Origin: Chrysomallon squamiferum
Lineage: Eukaryota; Animalia; Mollusca
Direction of reading: 5' to 3'
NCBI GenBank assembly: GCA_012295275.1
Contig: CM022673.1
Span: 28,210,001-28,274,000, forward strand
DNA length: 64,000 bases
Under the pieces are notes generated by a model. It worked only from the letters and a program-made list of their open reading frames with translations. It ran no database searches and was not told the origin of the DNA. The translations under genes and the position numbers were made by a program. Below are positions 32,011 through 64,000 of this stretch, piece by piece (position 1 is the first letter of the stretch; each line of letters begins with the position of its first letter).

Positions 32011-32672
32011 CAAAACTCACCGGATTTGATATGCATCTGTATCACAATTGGCGAGGCAGCACCTTCCGGTATTCATTAGGTGCAAAGATAATTGGGAAAT
32101 AAAAGATAATTAAGAGCAATAGGAAATATTCTTGATTTTCTACTACGAGCAATAAAGTATTTGTTTTCAAAAGCAATAACGAAGTAATGCTTGGCAAAAA
32201 TAAAATCGTCGACCATCTGTCGAGCAATACAGATTAGTAGATAGGTTACAACTTTTCGTTTAATTGGACTGTAAATGCATGCCATTTATTTTGAACGTAA
32301 ATCAAATGATTATTATTTTTATGATTTTTTTTTTTTTTTTTTTTTTTTTCTACTTATAATTCATGCCGTTTAGGCCGAAATGGGATTAGTATAAATTTTA
32401 TTTGACTTAATTTTTGAATTTAATGCAGTTCTGTCTTATTTCTTTATTTCTACTTTTAATTTTTGATTGACTTTTTATTTTTTTATTACTATTTTTATTA
32501 TTTTTTTTTTAGTAGGATCAAATTTAGCAAATGAAAGCCGAATTATGTACTTTAAATAATTTTTAACACAATAGATGTAATAGAAGCATTGTATAAAATA
32601 TATAATAAACTAAGTTTGTACATTCGATTTTATCTGTATGTGCATAATTATATAATCTCTCTACTGAATATA

Positions 32673-32716
<44 letters not shown>

Positions 32717-33176
32717 TATTTAAGGGTGCTTGTGTATGAACGTGTGTATGAATGTATGAATATAATTCATATCTATATGGGTGAAACCTCATACTGATGG
32801 TCATAGAGTAAAACGCACATAATTATATAAAATATACAAACAGTATTATAACACTCTCTCTATATAGAAATTATATTTCAGTAACATTCTGGTTTATACA
32901 CAGCATTCCACGTAGAAATTGCGTACAGACCAGTGAGTATTTACTTTGTGGGAAGTAATATGTTTAAAGACGTCACTTATTTTCTGGTAACTCGTTCGTG
33001 TGAATATTGTACAACACCCTCTGACGATTTCAAGTACACGTGCCTTCCTGTGAAACCCACTGAAATATAACTAGATATCTCTGTCGTCATTCGCTCATCG
33101 GAATTAACATTTACAGTGTAATCACTTAATCTAGAACCTATCCGTGATTTAAATCTGTTATAAATTCTTTTCGCTG

Positions 33177-33322
33177 TCTTTAAATTCTACTACAAAATCG
33201 TATCACTATCTTTAAATATGTTACAAAATCGAATCACTATCTTTTAATCTATTACAAAATCGTATCAGTATCTTTAAATATGTTACAAAATCGAATCACT
33301 TTCTTTAAATCTATTACAAAAT
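33177..33322. repeat. ~29-bp tandem repeat, about 5 copies, alternating variants
   Basis: TCTTTAAATATGTTACAAAATCGAATCACTA alternates with ...TCTATTACAAAATCGTATCA... in the divergent intergenic region. Confidence 0.8.
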
Positions 33323-33634
33323 ATTATCATCTGAGTTTATTATTAATAAACTAAACTGCTAAAACTATTTTAAAATTATATTTCAAAACCCTATTTTCAT
33401 CGCCATATTGATATATTAACATAGTTTTTATTACATTTACTGTATTCATTAATACAATAACTAATTAATGAACAGTTAACATATTTACGTATTTTTCTTA
33501 ATAGTTGGTTGGTTTCAGGATTATGAATTTTCCGAATCATTATGATATTAAAGAATATCACATCAAAAATTATATTTCCTTGCATTTTATATATATATAT
33601 AAAAACAAAACAAAACAAAACAACAACAACAACA

Positions 33635-33707
<73 letters not shown>

Positions 33708-34237
33708 CAACAACAACAACATCATAACGAAAATATCAATGAGAAAAAATATATATATCAGTAGCGTAACACATTTTAGCATTAATAGTATTTGTAAGTT
33801 TCCAATCTATGATTTGAATCTGGACAAAAAATGTGTTAATCTCCGTTCATTGTTTACATTAGAATCTATATAAATACAAATAGTTTTTTCTCTATAAACA
33901 CAGTCGGACACAGGCTCCAGCTTAAACTTATTTCTCACTAGAATAACTGCTTGCACTTTTCAAACAACACCTTTTATGATCAAATACAGATGTCTGTGCG
34001 CGTTTAATTCACAGCCCACTAAAAATAACATTGCATGTTTGCTTGCAGATTTAACAAGGGAACCTTAAAGGTGACCCCCAAACTTTTGAACAAAACTGCA
34101 AAAAGAGAAAAAAAAAAAGGGAGAAGAATAAAAACATCTGGAAATAAAAAAAAAAAGTAAATGTGTCTAAACGTTTGTTTGTGTGTCAGGTGAGGTATGA
34201 CACTGAAACGTGATATAGTACGAATGACGTGATATCA

Positions 34238-34278
<41 letters not shown>

Positions 34279-35148
34279 GTCAGTTATGAATTAGACACTT
34301 TATATAACGTAATAAATTGTTTATATTTAATTGTTTTATATATATATCTAAACAACACTTTTGTTGAAGGCAAAATAAAATTCGAATATTTCTGAAATAA
34401 ACTTCCGATTGTCTAAAAATAACCTATTTCAGATAGTATTCAAAATCAAGTTTCTATATATACATATCGCGTACCTAAACAGTATGGCAGTGTGTTATAT
34501 AAACGATTGTCGAAAACCTAGACTCGTCAATTTCTACACAATTTCTTGGTTAGAAATTACGTTTCTACAATGCTACAATGTGCTTTTTCTTTGTTTATTT
34601 CAATATATGCTTTATTTATTTTGCTTAAGAAATAAAGGGAAAAAATATACTGGAAACACCCATATAACAAAGACTTTAACCGTGGAGCAATGCAACATCT
34701 TATACGTATATAGTCTTTTCTTCCAGTTACATCTTTCATTTATGTTAACCCATTTAAAAAAGAGAAAAAAGAAAGAGAGAGACGGAGAAAAAAACCCAAA
34801 AAACACACGTCTTTCATCTTCTATTTCTAGAAATGACTGCAGGAGAAATAATTGTGCAATTAATGAAACCTATAATAATACACTAAGTTCTCGATACAAA
34901 GGATCGTAACAAAGACGAGCCAAGTACAAAGTGACAATCCCCTCAGGTCTTCTCATCGAAGCGGAGACTTGTACCGGCCAACTGAGCAAACTGTCACATC
35001 GCTTCCACCAAAATATTGACACAGTCGTAGGAACATTTCACCACGACTACTTCCATTGCGAAGAATTGCATAGCAAATATTTGCATCTAGTTATTTCAAT
35101 AAGACTGAAAGAAGAATAACGGTATGACTGTATTCCAGCCCTTTGAGA

Positions 35149-35364
35149 TGACGTACCTAGATTATTATTCCTATATGCATATTTTACGTCATTGCGTGGT
35201 TTCTACGACATTGTATTAGATGCTGGTAGGTTTACCGAGGCCAACCTTAAAAGGGTGTAACACTGCTATAAATCTGAGCATCGTCAGATTAGAAGTTATT
35301 CCAGAGAAACCTTGGATCTGTACTGTAACTAACGTACAGCATATATTTATTAATTTAGCCTTAT
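35149..35364 (+). promoter_or_regulatory. Candidate core promoter and non-coding first exon of the Pif-like gene
   Basis: CRE-like TGACGTA (35149) and TTACGTCA (~35184); TATAAA at 35267-35272; donor AT|GTAAGT at 35365; acceptor TTACAG just before the ATG exon. Confidence 0.55.
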
Positions 35365-35574
35365 GTAAGTATTGAAATAGGCTTTAGCTGTGTTTAAAGT
35401 TATATCTAAATTGAAAGGTTACTGTAGATATACTAAGAATATGTGTGTGTTTTGTAGATTTATTTTCGTTATATTATCGGATCAGAAATTTAGTGAATAT
35501 TTTGATAAATTGAACAGAAACAGTTAGTAAAACTTTTTAAAAATTTATTTTCTCTTTCTTACAGAAAAGTCAAG

Positions 35575-40659
<5,085 letters not shown>

Positions 40660-42049
40660 TATTACATAAACGTAAAAAGACTGCGAACGTTCATTCACAA
40701 TTTAGGAGGAATCTCGAGTACATATATTCCTTACAGTTTAAAACGTAAATGAAATGTTGAAGGTGTTTGAGGTGCGATTCATCAGCGAGAACTGTTAGAG
40801 TATATTAATATTACTGTCCTGAAGTGTCATCAACTATGTGTTTGTATCGTGAAATAAAATATTTTATAAACTATTTTCTTATTTATTTATTTATTGTTAT
40901 CATTATTACTTTTATTAATATTATTAGTACTATTATTATTATTTGTATTATTTTGTTTTGGGGTATCATTCATATTTATATGAGAGAGAGACAGAGACAA
41001 AAAGAGAGAGACACAGAGAGAGAGAATGGGAGAGAGAGAGAGAGAGAAAGTAATTCTTAGTGAGAGAAACTAAAATACCATTCACTCAGCATTCATAGAA
41101 AAAAAAACGTTACGTCTCAAAAGGCATTTCAAATTAAATCAACGAGATGAATACAGTTAACATTTGTTTCACAAATGTATTGTGAAGTATGTACAGAAAG
41201 GCTGAACCCAAGTAACAGTAAACCACTAGACTGTTTAATCGCCGGAACTGTCCAAAGTTCAGACTAACAAACAGAGTTTAAAGAGCATTTGACATAAATT
41301 TCTTCTTCATCAGACACACGAAAAGGTCATCTCCGAAACATGCTTTCTAAAGTTTAGTCTTCAGACGAATTGTTATATTCTTTCGCCTTTTTGTATTTTA
41401 TTTCATTTTATTTTATTCTGTATTATTATTATTATTATTATTATTATTTTGAAATAATTTTTTTAACGTCAGCTTTCGTGATGTCGTCGTGAACAAGATG
41501 AACATCTTTCCTATGGTTAAAGCTATCACCTGCGTAATTACGTCATGAACCTTAAAAAGAGTAAAATGGCGACTATCAGATATTTTATAACTTTGTTTGT
41601 TTTGATTTTTTTTCTCTTTCGTTTCATAATTTGTCATTAACCACGGTGTATCGTTCAGTGAAATAATAACCTGTAAGTGTAAAGAATAGTATTAGGCCAT
41701 TCACTAAATGTGAATTTTGATAAAAGATGATAATGATTCAAAAATATGTGCTGTTCTTATGCAATATCATTTCTGACGTGTGAATGGTAACAAAGAAAAA
41801 ACGAATTGTGAAGCACTTTTGTCTTCTTTATCGATGCAAAATCACCACACATCATCAACTACAAGGCAAAATGGAAAGGAATGCTGGCCCTCTGCCACTA
41901 CTGCTACTGTTATTAAAACAACGACAACATCTGCTGTAGAAAACATGCTACAATTAGTACTACAATTACAACTACAGCTACTACTATCGTACAAACTACC
42001 ACTTCTACTGCCTCCCCTCTTCCTTCTCCTCCTTCTCCTCCTCCTCCTC

Positions 42050-42090
<41 letters not shown>

Positions 42091-42214
42091 GTTACTACTA
42101 CTACTACTAATGTATAAAAAGGTGCTGTAGTTCAAAGTTCAAAATATTTCAGTGCCCCTGTATACGTCTGTTAATACAGTCAGATTGTAAATATAACGTC
42201 TTGCCCTGTTTTTA

Positions 42215-42395
42215 AAGCTCTTTTCTTACCACTGTGTGTTGAGTGCAAATAACTCTTCACTGTGAAGTTTGCTTTCGGGTGAGATTCGTGTCTCTCCTAT
42301 ACAAATGTCAGTACTCGTAATCGCTTTTAAATGCACAGTAAATAAAATATGAAATTCTGAAAAGAAGGGTGTAAAACAGATAAACATAAGTCATT
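42215..42395 (+). repeat. Dispersed direct duplication, copy 1 (copy 2 at ~46277-46468)
   Basis: Shared GGGTGAGATTC...CTCGTAATCGCTTTTAAATGC..TAAATAAAATATGAAATTCTGAAAAGAA.GGTGT. Confidence 0.85.
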
Positions 42396-42941
42396 ATTAT
42401 AACGGGGTACATATTACAAAAACAGGTATTCAGCTAAACTGTTACTCTGCCGATCATTTAGTGTTGATTCTGGTTTTCTCTCTACTTTCGCCTTAATATT
42501 ATTAGAAGTAACAACAATAGTTGCGTTAATAACATTAATATCAGCTGCTGTGGTATCATCAGCACTGGTTAACAGTCATATTATACTACCACTCCTCCTA
42601 CTACTACTACTACTATTACTGGTAGTACTAGTAGCAGCATCAGCAGCAGTTACAGTATTATATTTATTATTGACAGTTATAAAAGTAGCAGTAGTAGTAG
42701 TAGTAGTTATAGAAGCATTATTATTAGTTTTACCGCTAGTATTAGTCATAGCACTGGTATCAACAGCAGCACAAATATAACGATATAAATAGTAGTAGAT
42801 GCAATTTATTGTTCCAGTAGCTGCAGTATTATTAAAACAATGCAGAATTTATAACAGTGGTGATAGTAATAGTCGTAGTAGTAGTAATAATAACAGTGCT
42901 TGTAACATTGGTAGCTTTAGTAATAATACATTAATCAGCTA

Positions 42942-43039
<98 letters not shown>

Positions 43040-43296
43040 CTGATAATAATAATGATAATGATGATAATAATAATAATAATGCTGATAATAATAATGATAA
43101 TGATGATAATGATGATAACAGTAATAAATTAATTAGCATTAATTATCTTAGCTACACCACCCGAGAAGTTAAATACTTGAAGATTTCGAAAAGCTCTGCA
43201 CAGTGTATTTAAATATTTGTTCAATCATGTTTGCTCTCCATAGTGTGAGCTAGAATTAACTGTAACTGTTTGGATCAATGGCACGGAAATAGCGTC

Positions 43297-43359
<63 letters not shown>

Positions 43360-44142
43360 CTGGTTTTTGTTCTTTTCAAGATGCAGGCGGGTTTGGGGAT
43401 TTGTTTATTATGAACGTCAGAGAAGCTGATTTGTTGCCCGAAACTTTGCCAGTTTCTTTTGGCTTTGCCCAAATCTCTCTCCGCTGTTCATTTGTGTTTT
43501 TTTTTTGTGTTTTTTTTTTTTTTTTTTTTTCTGAATTATGGAAATAACAGAATGGAATATAATTACTTCCCTTTGCGTCAGAATTCTCTCTATGTAGTTA
43601 TAATCAATTTAATAATTATTGAAGTTAATTAAATATAATCTATTTATAATTAAAAGCAATGCAGTAATTATACTTTTTAACAATATTATATCAAAGACAC
43701 ATAATTTATGGCAAAGTACCAAAGTCTGAGAGATATCAAATATCTGTGATATTTCAGTTCGAATTGTAACAAATAAATAAATAAAAATCGAACTAGAAAT
43801 ATGAATAATTATTGGTTGATGCTAGCGATCAGTTAGGAAATAATAAAAAAATAATATTAAATAAAAATAGTGATGGTGTTTTTTATTTTCACTACAATTA
43901 GTTCTTTGGACAAATGACATATACTGTGACAAACGTTGTTTTTTTTAAAATTAATTTACAATAGTTTGGTAAACTGTAGTTAGTCTACTGTGATAAATCC
44001 GTATAATCCAACATTATTTGTGTCAAAAGAATTAAAAACACTTAATTTTCTCAGGCCTCAAGGACAGTATTGACTGGACATTAGCTTTCCAATGGTTATT
44101 TTCTTTAATGAATAGTCGGACTCTTTTCATTTTTTAAATTTA

Positions 44143-44213
<71 letters not shown>

Positions 44214-46014
44214 TAATTTATTAATTTCTTTATTAATTAATTTTAATTATTTTTGTTTGTTGCTTTACAAGGCAGGTTTATCTAAACAACGTATAAAGAT
44301 TAACATCATTCTTAATGTGACTACTGTTTCTTGTGTCTATATAATAATAATAATAATAATAATAAAAACAACACTAACAACAACAACACTAACGACAACA
44401 ACAACGACAACAACGACAGTTACTCTGAGTGGTTTACATCCAGTCTTCCAGTTTTCCCATCGTCACTAACGTGATTTAAATAAATAAATAAATAAATACA
44501 AATTAAATTAAATTAAAAAAGAAAAGAAAAAAGAAAAAAAAAAAAAGAAAAAGAAAAAGAAAGAAAACTGTGTTTATTTTTATAAATAGCAAGGCCATTA
44601 CACGATCTCCAATTAAAAAGAAATACTTTGTCTATCACCCCAAATGTAAATATTAATATTTCTATTTCTATTTCAGCATAACGGAAAACCTAAAGGAAAT
44701 AAAAAATAAAAGAGGAAAAAAAAATATAACGTAACAAGTAATCCACCTAATTTCGCACGTCGATGCTGAAAAAAATAAATAAAATAGAAGGTTCTATAAG
44801 TTCGGAATCTCGAGACCCACGAATTTACCGAGAACAAACATATCCCGGGAATGATAACACACACACACTCAAAAAAAGTATTTTTACTGTGAACAAATAC
44901 ACCCTCTTTTCACTTCTTTATTTGGTTTGAATAATATGGTCTTTATTCTTCTAGTGTTGTTTTAATGTCGTTGCCCAGACGAAGCTAGTTACGGCGAAAT
45001 CTCCCTGACGTTGGCTAAGCGTACGCAAAAACAAATAAATAAACTTGAATGGACCAAGGCTTGCCTCCCTGTATAAATACTGATTTCTTTTTATGTTCTA
45101 TTCGTTCCGCTCCATCCCATTATTTCTCGTCTTATTACAAAGCCACCTTTTCTCGGTTTACAAACGGAAGGAACTCAACGATGTCCTTAATAAAGATAGA
45201 AACCAGTTTAAGACCGTTTTCCATTTATTTGCTTCGTTTAAGTTTGGCTCTCTTTATTACAAGTTAGTGTGACACTGCTACATTACATTAGTACTCCAAA
45301 TAAGTAGTGTGAAATTTAGGAACTTAAGAAACAAAAGGACAAAAAAATTAATAATTTGGTAAGTAAGGAACCATTATTAATAATTTTATGTATATATTTA
45401 CTGCTTGTGATATTTCTATATTTTGTAAGACTGTTATTAACTGCATTAAATTGTCAATTTTAAAAAAAGAAAACAGTTAGAAAATATTATGACAAGACGT
45501 GCATTTTGTGATTTAAAATGAATCTATGTTAAACAATATCATATAATAAAGGTTACTAAAACAAAGGTAGCAAAGGAAGGTATGATCTGTGAAATAAAAA
45601 AAATATACAACCATAACGCTAAATCTTTTTGTGTGCTGTCGGTTTATGATCTTCAGATACTGGTTCACTAAAGAAACAGTTACATTTTACATGTTTTGCA
45701 AATACCGACTTGAAAAGAAATAGAAATTACAGCTCCTTTGAGCAAGAAGTTTAGATAATGTGTCTTCAGATAAACAAAGAAACAATTACTGAGAAGCAAA
45801 CAGAGAAAGAGATAAAAAGATGGATATTCTACATACAAACACATACACACATACATACTTATGTACACAAATATTTAGATACATACATACATACAAATAT
45901 AAATACATACATATATATAGAGAGATACATCACAGGTATACTCATATGCAGACAGACATACAGAGAGACACACTTCAAAAATCTATAGAGAGAGACAGAT
46001 AAGAGAGAGAGAAA

Positions 46015-46208
<194 letters not shown>

Positions 46209-46276
46209 TTTCTACATTTGAGGATCTAACAACAACATAGTCAAATTGTTATATTTACAATATCTGAAACGTTTAT

Positions 46277-46468
46277 AAAGCTCTGTTTCTTAGTACGTGA
46301 GCTGAGTTTAAATAAGTGTTCACTTGCAGTGTTTACTTTTGGGTGAGATTCATGTAGCTTTGTATGTTTTCTGTAGTAGTGACATTGCTCGTAATCGCTT
46401 TTAAATGCTCTGTAAATAAAATATGAAATTCTGAAAAGAAAGGTGTGAAATAGACATAAATGTCATTT
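46277..46468 (+). repeat. Dispersed direct duplication, copy 2
   Basis: Homologous to 42215-42395; a further shared motif TTAAATA.TTGAAGATTT occurs at ~43170 and ~46850. Confidence 0.85.
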
Positions 46469-46572
46469 CAAGGTGTTTTCTAAACAGTCTTTTCAATTGA
46501 CACTTTATATTATGTATCTAATTCCTTTTATTATTGTTATTATGAGTATTACTACTGCTACTACTACTACTG

Positions 46573-46631
<59 letters not shown>

Positions 46632-48241
46632 GCTACTGCTGCTGCTACTACTACTACCACTACTATTATTATTAAAATATTATTATTCCCATCATTAACA
46701 TCATCATTATCAGTATTAGAAGGTACTAATAGCAGTACCAGCAGGATCAGCATTAGTTTCAGTCGTAGCAATACTAAAATAAAGCAGTGCTATTGATTAT
46801 TTCTTTAGGTGGATTGATTAACGTCAATTCTTGAGATCAACCCCTAAATTAAATATTTGAAGATTTTGTTTTCTCTGTATTTACATTCATGATATTCTAC
46901 AATCATATGAAAGCCACACATCTTACAATGGAAGGGACCAGAAGATCGATGGTCGGTCCTACTTATCATGGGTTGTATGTTCTGTATACTGCAAGCAGCT
47001 GTTGATATTTACCACACAGTTGTTTTACCAGAGTCTCTGCCATCCCGTTATACGTAGACATTAAGACGTGAACAAACTAAGTCCAATGGTTAGAGCACCT
47101 GATGGAAAATTAGAACCCTTCAAAGCTACTACTACTACTTCGTAATTTCGTGTTGGAGTGAAAGTTTACTGCACAAAAGAAATAAAGGCTGAATTGATTT
47201 TATCTCCTGTTTGCTAACAGAAAATATCTGTCGAATCAACCCGAAAGAATATTAACAGTCCCTCGAAAAAATGTTTCAGAAATCATCTACATACATTTTC
47301 ACAAGCTAATTAAATAAACATTCAAACAAACAAACACTATATAAAAAAATCCACCATACATTCAACCATCTTTGCATTTAAAAGTCAAACATATTTCTGT
47401 ACATAGACGGAACAGAACAGACTGTTATTGCATTTCTTACAACATGAATCTTAACGGAAAAAAAGCAAAGAGGAATCAGTCATGTTAAGCATGAAGCCTC
47501 AGTCCAGACTTTTCTCACACCCCGACCCAGGACACCGTTGAAGCAATTTGAATATGAGAAAAACCATTTATTTACAGAAGTCTTAGAGACACGTTTTTTC
47601 AACACTTATCATGAATACCCGTGACTGGCATATATTTGGTTTGACAGTTCAAATATTATCAAAATCAACACAATATCGTTGACAGGGAGAAATCTAGAAC
47701 GGCATCAGTAATGACTAAAAATTACTTGGACTTAATAATTGTTGCAATGTGTTAATAACTTGGATATTCATATTTATAAGGTGAGATGTCGATCTTGAAA
47801 TGTAAAATGTGAATTAAGTTTAGATTGTTAATTTAATTTCAGTATAAAAGTCAACAGTGAAGCGAATTTTTTTCTCAGTTTTATTTTCAAATTTTTAAAT
47901 TGTTTTTAGAAATCGCTTTCTTTTTATAGTCTTCATCCGAGGTTTAATACAAAAAATAATTTTGATGCTAACAAGTTATAATTATTATTTTTATAGTGTT
48001 TTTATATGTTTTAGTGTGTATTTATATGTTTTAGTATTTTATAACAAAGTAATTTCGTGCACTATTTAATTAACAAAGTCGGTGTATCTTAATAAATCAT
48101 TATTCAGTTTGAGTTCTAAAGATTTTGAAGTAACAGTAACAAGAACATGTAAAATACAAACGTTACTGACTAAATTAAGTTGTTATCTACTATAGTGCTA
48201 TTGATGCAAAAATAATAATAGTAATGATGATGATGATGATG

Positions 48242-48318
<77 letters not shown>

Positions 48319-48784
48319 AATAATAAAAAGAAAAAAAGAAAAAAGCTAAAAAAACAACAATCAAATTTTTATTATTCATATTTTTTTTACTGATACTCTT
48401 GTACTTTGTCAGATTAATCTCATAATTATTTCTGCACGAAAATCAAGCCTAAAAAAGCATCTGTAAAAAACCTGCTATTATCTCGTTTAAAGGGAGGATA
48501 AACGAATCGAAATGCACACACACAACAGTTACTTGCGTCTATCTTGGCTGGTGAGTTTGAAAACATCAAAAATACGTCGTGACAAAATCTGTTTGCTTAT
48601 GACCACCCACTTTTTCTGTTAAGAGATCTCATGCAGCAAGCACCTTTCTTCCTAATGTTGTGCTAGGGCAGAGATGAATGGATACACCTCCTAGTTTTAA
48701 ATAACTTTCGTACGATTTGCGTATTTGTTGCCTACAAAGGCGCGACTGGAACAATAAAACAAGGAGGTGTGTTTCAAGTGGTAA

Positions 48785-48996
48785 CGCCATTTTGTAGAAT
48801 ATGGAGGAATCGGAAATGCTTGGATGTGACGTATACGTCAAAGGATAGGTTCTTTATTTATTTATTTATTTTGTTTAATTAATATTAAACGAACCCAGTT
48901 GGAAAAACAGTTTAGTCTTTACTCTCTGTTGTTCAAAACCTTGCTGGTCGTTTCTGTAATTTGTTTGATATCAGAGCATTTCATTGTGGTTCTAAT
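48785..48996 (+). promoter_or_regulatory. Candidate proximal promoter and non-coding exon of the VWA-Ig-TSP1 gene
   Basis: YY1-like CGCCATTTTG (~48785), ETS-like CGGAA (48811), 14-bp palindrome TGACGTATACGTCA (48827-48840), donor AT|GTAAGT at 48997. Confidence 0.45.
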
Positions 48997-49462
48997 GTAA
49001 GTTGATAGTAGATTTCATTTTCTTTTGCAAATTAACGTATTGAAAAAAATTATTTATTTATTTTTTTTTTTTTATTTTATTTTATTATTTATTATTATTA
49101 TTTTTTTTTTATAGTAAATTGAAAATAGTTTTTAATATATATAAAATATCTACAGATTTATAAATCTTGTTCATTGCAGTCATTTCTGTTTTAAAATATT
49201 TTCTTATTTTCTTCAGTATGTATTCTTTTCAAAATAATTCTGTCTTAACAATGAATCGTATGCAATAATAATAATATCAAAATTAATAACAACAACAAAA
49301 TAACGACAAAAATAACAGCAGCAGCAGCAACAACAACAAAATAATAAGAAGAAGAAGAAGAAGAAGAAAAGAAACATTTTATTTTAACGGTGGTGTAAAT
49401 TCAACAAACCATACGTTTGCTTTTATGCTTTGTTAACGAACTACTACTACCACTACTACTAC

Positions 49463-49514
<52 letters not shown>

Positions 49515-49614
49515 TTATTATTATTTTTTTTAACCTGACGTAAAGTGTACGTATATTTATTTATTTCATGTTTTTTGTTTTTCGTTTTCCTGACAGTAAC
49601 TTCTCAACGCCATT

Positions 49615-63899
<14,285 letters not shown>

Positions 63900-64000
63900 G
63901 TAATTCATTATTTTCAATTAAATGTTCTTCTCATTGTAATTTGTATCGAAGACACAGAAAGATATAAGTTATAACAGTCATTCGAAAAAGTTCATGGCAG

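Noticed and set aside
34409-34909. 166-aa intergenic ORF
   Set aside because: AT-rich, no recognisable motif or splice context; likely chance.
46900-47110. tRNA gene or further SINE copy (AGTCCAATGGTTAGAGCACCTGA)
   Set aside because: Only an A-box-like fragment; no B-box or cloverleaf visible; too degraded to call.

Overview
AT-rich, microsatellite-dense animal genomic DNA with GT-AG spliceosomal introns. The gene content suggests a mollusc, probably a gastropod (inference). Four multi-exon genes were reconstructed by hand. (1) The 3' part of an SLC1/EAAT glutamate transporter (+, 1414-9302). (2) A ~1280-aa secreted mosaic astacin metalloprotease (-, 31748-14750): signal peptide, acidic pro-domain, RRKR, astacin, EGF, apextrin-C (ApeC), CUB, kringle, ShK-like, sushi, C-type lectin, ShK, sushi, and an unrecognised C-terminal domain. 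(3) A ~606-aa Pif/BMSP-like VWA-3x chitin-binding-LamG protein (+, 35575-40659), head-to-head with gene 2. (4) A large secreted VWA-Ig-VWA-Ig-TSP1-VWA-(TSP1)n protein (+, from 49615 past the window end) with six near-identical TSP1 exons. Notable structure: a 10x55-bp repeat that amplifies an EAAT exon end with its splice donor in frame; an intronic kringle-exon duplicate differing only at synonymous sites; cysteine-free titin-type Ig domains in a secreted protein; a GC-AG intron; two clear single-base frame breaks and one probable one; degraded tRNA-derived SINEs; a perfect 18-bp inverted repeat. Most ORFs in the supplied track are microsatellite artefacts.
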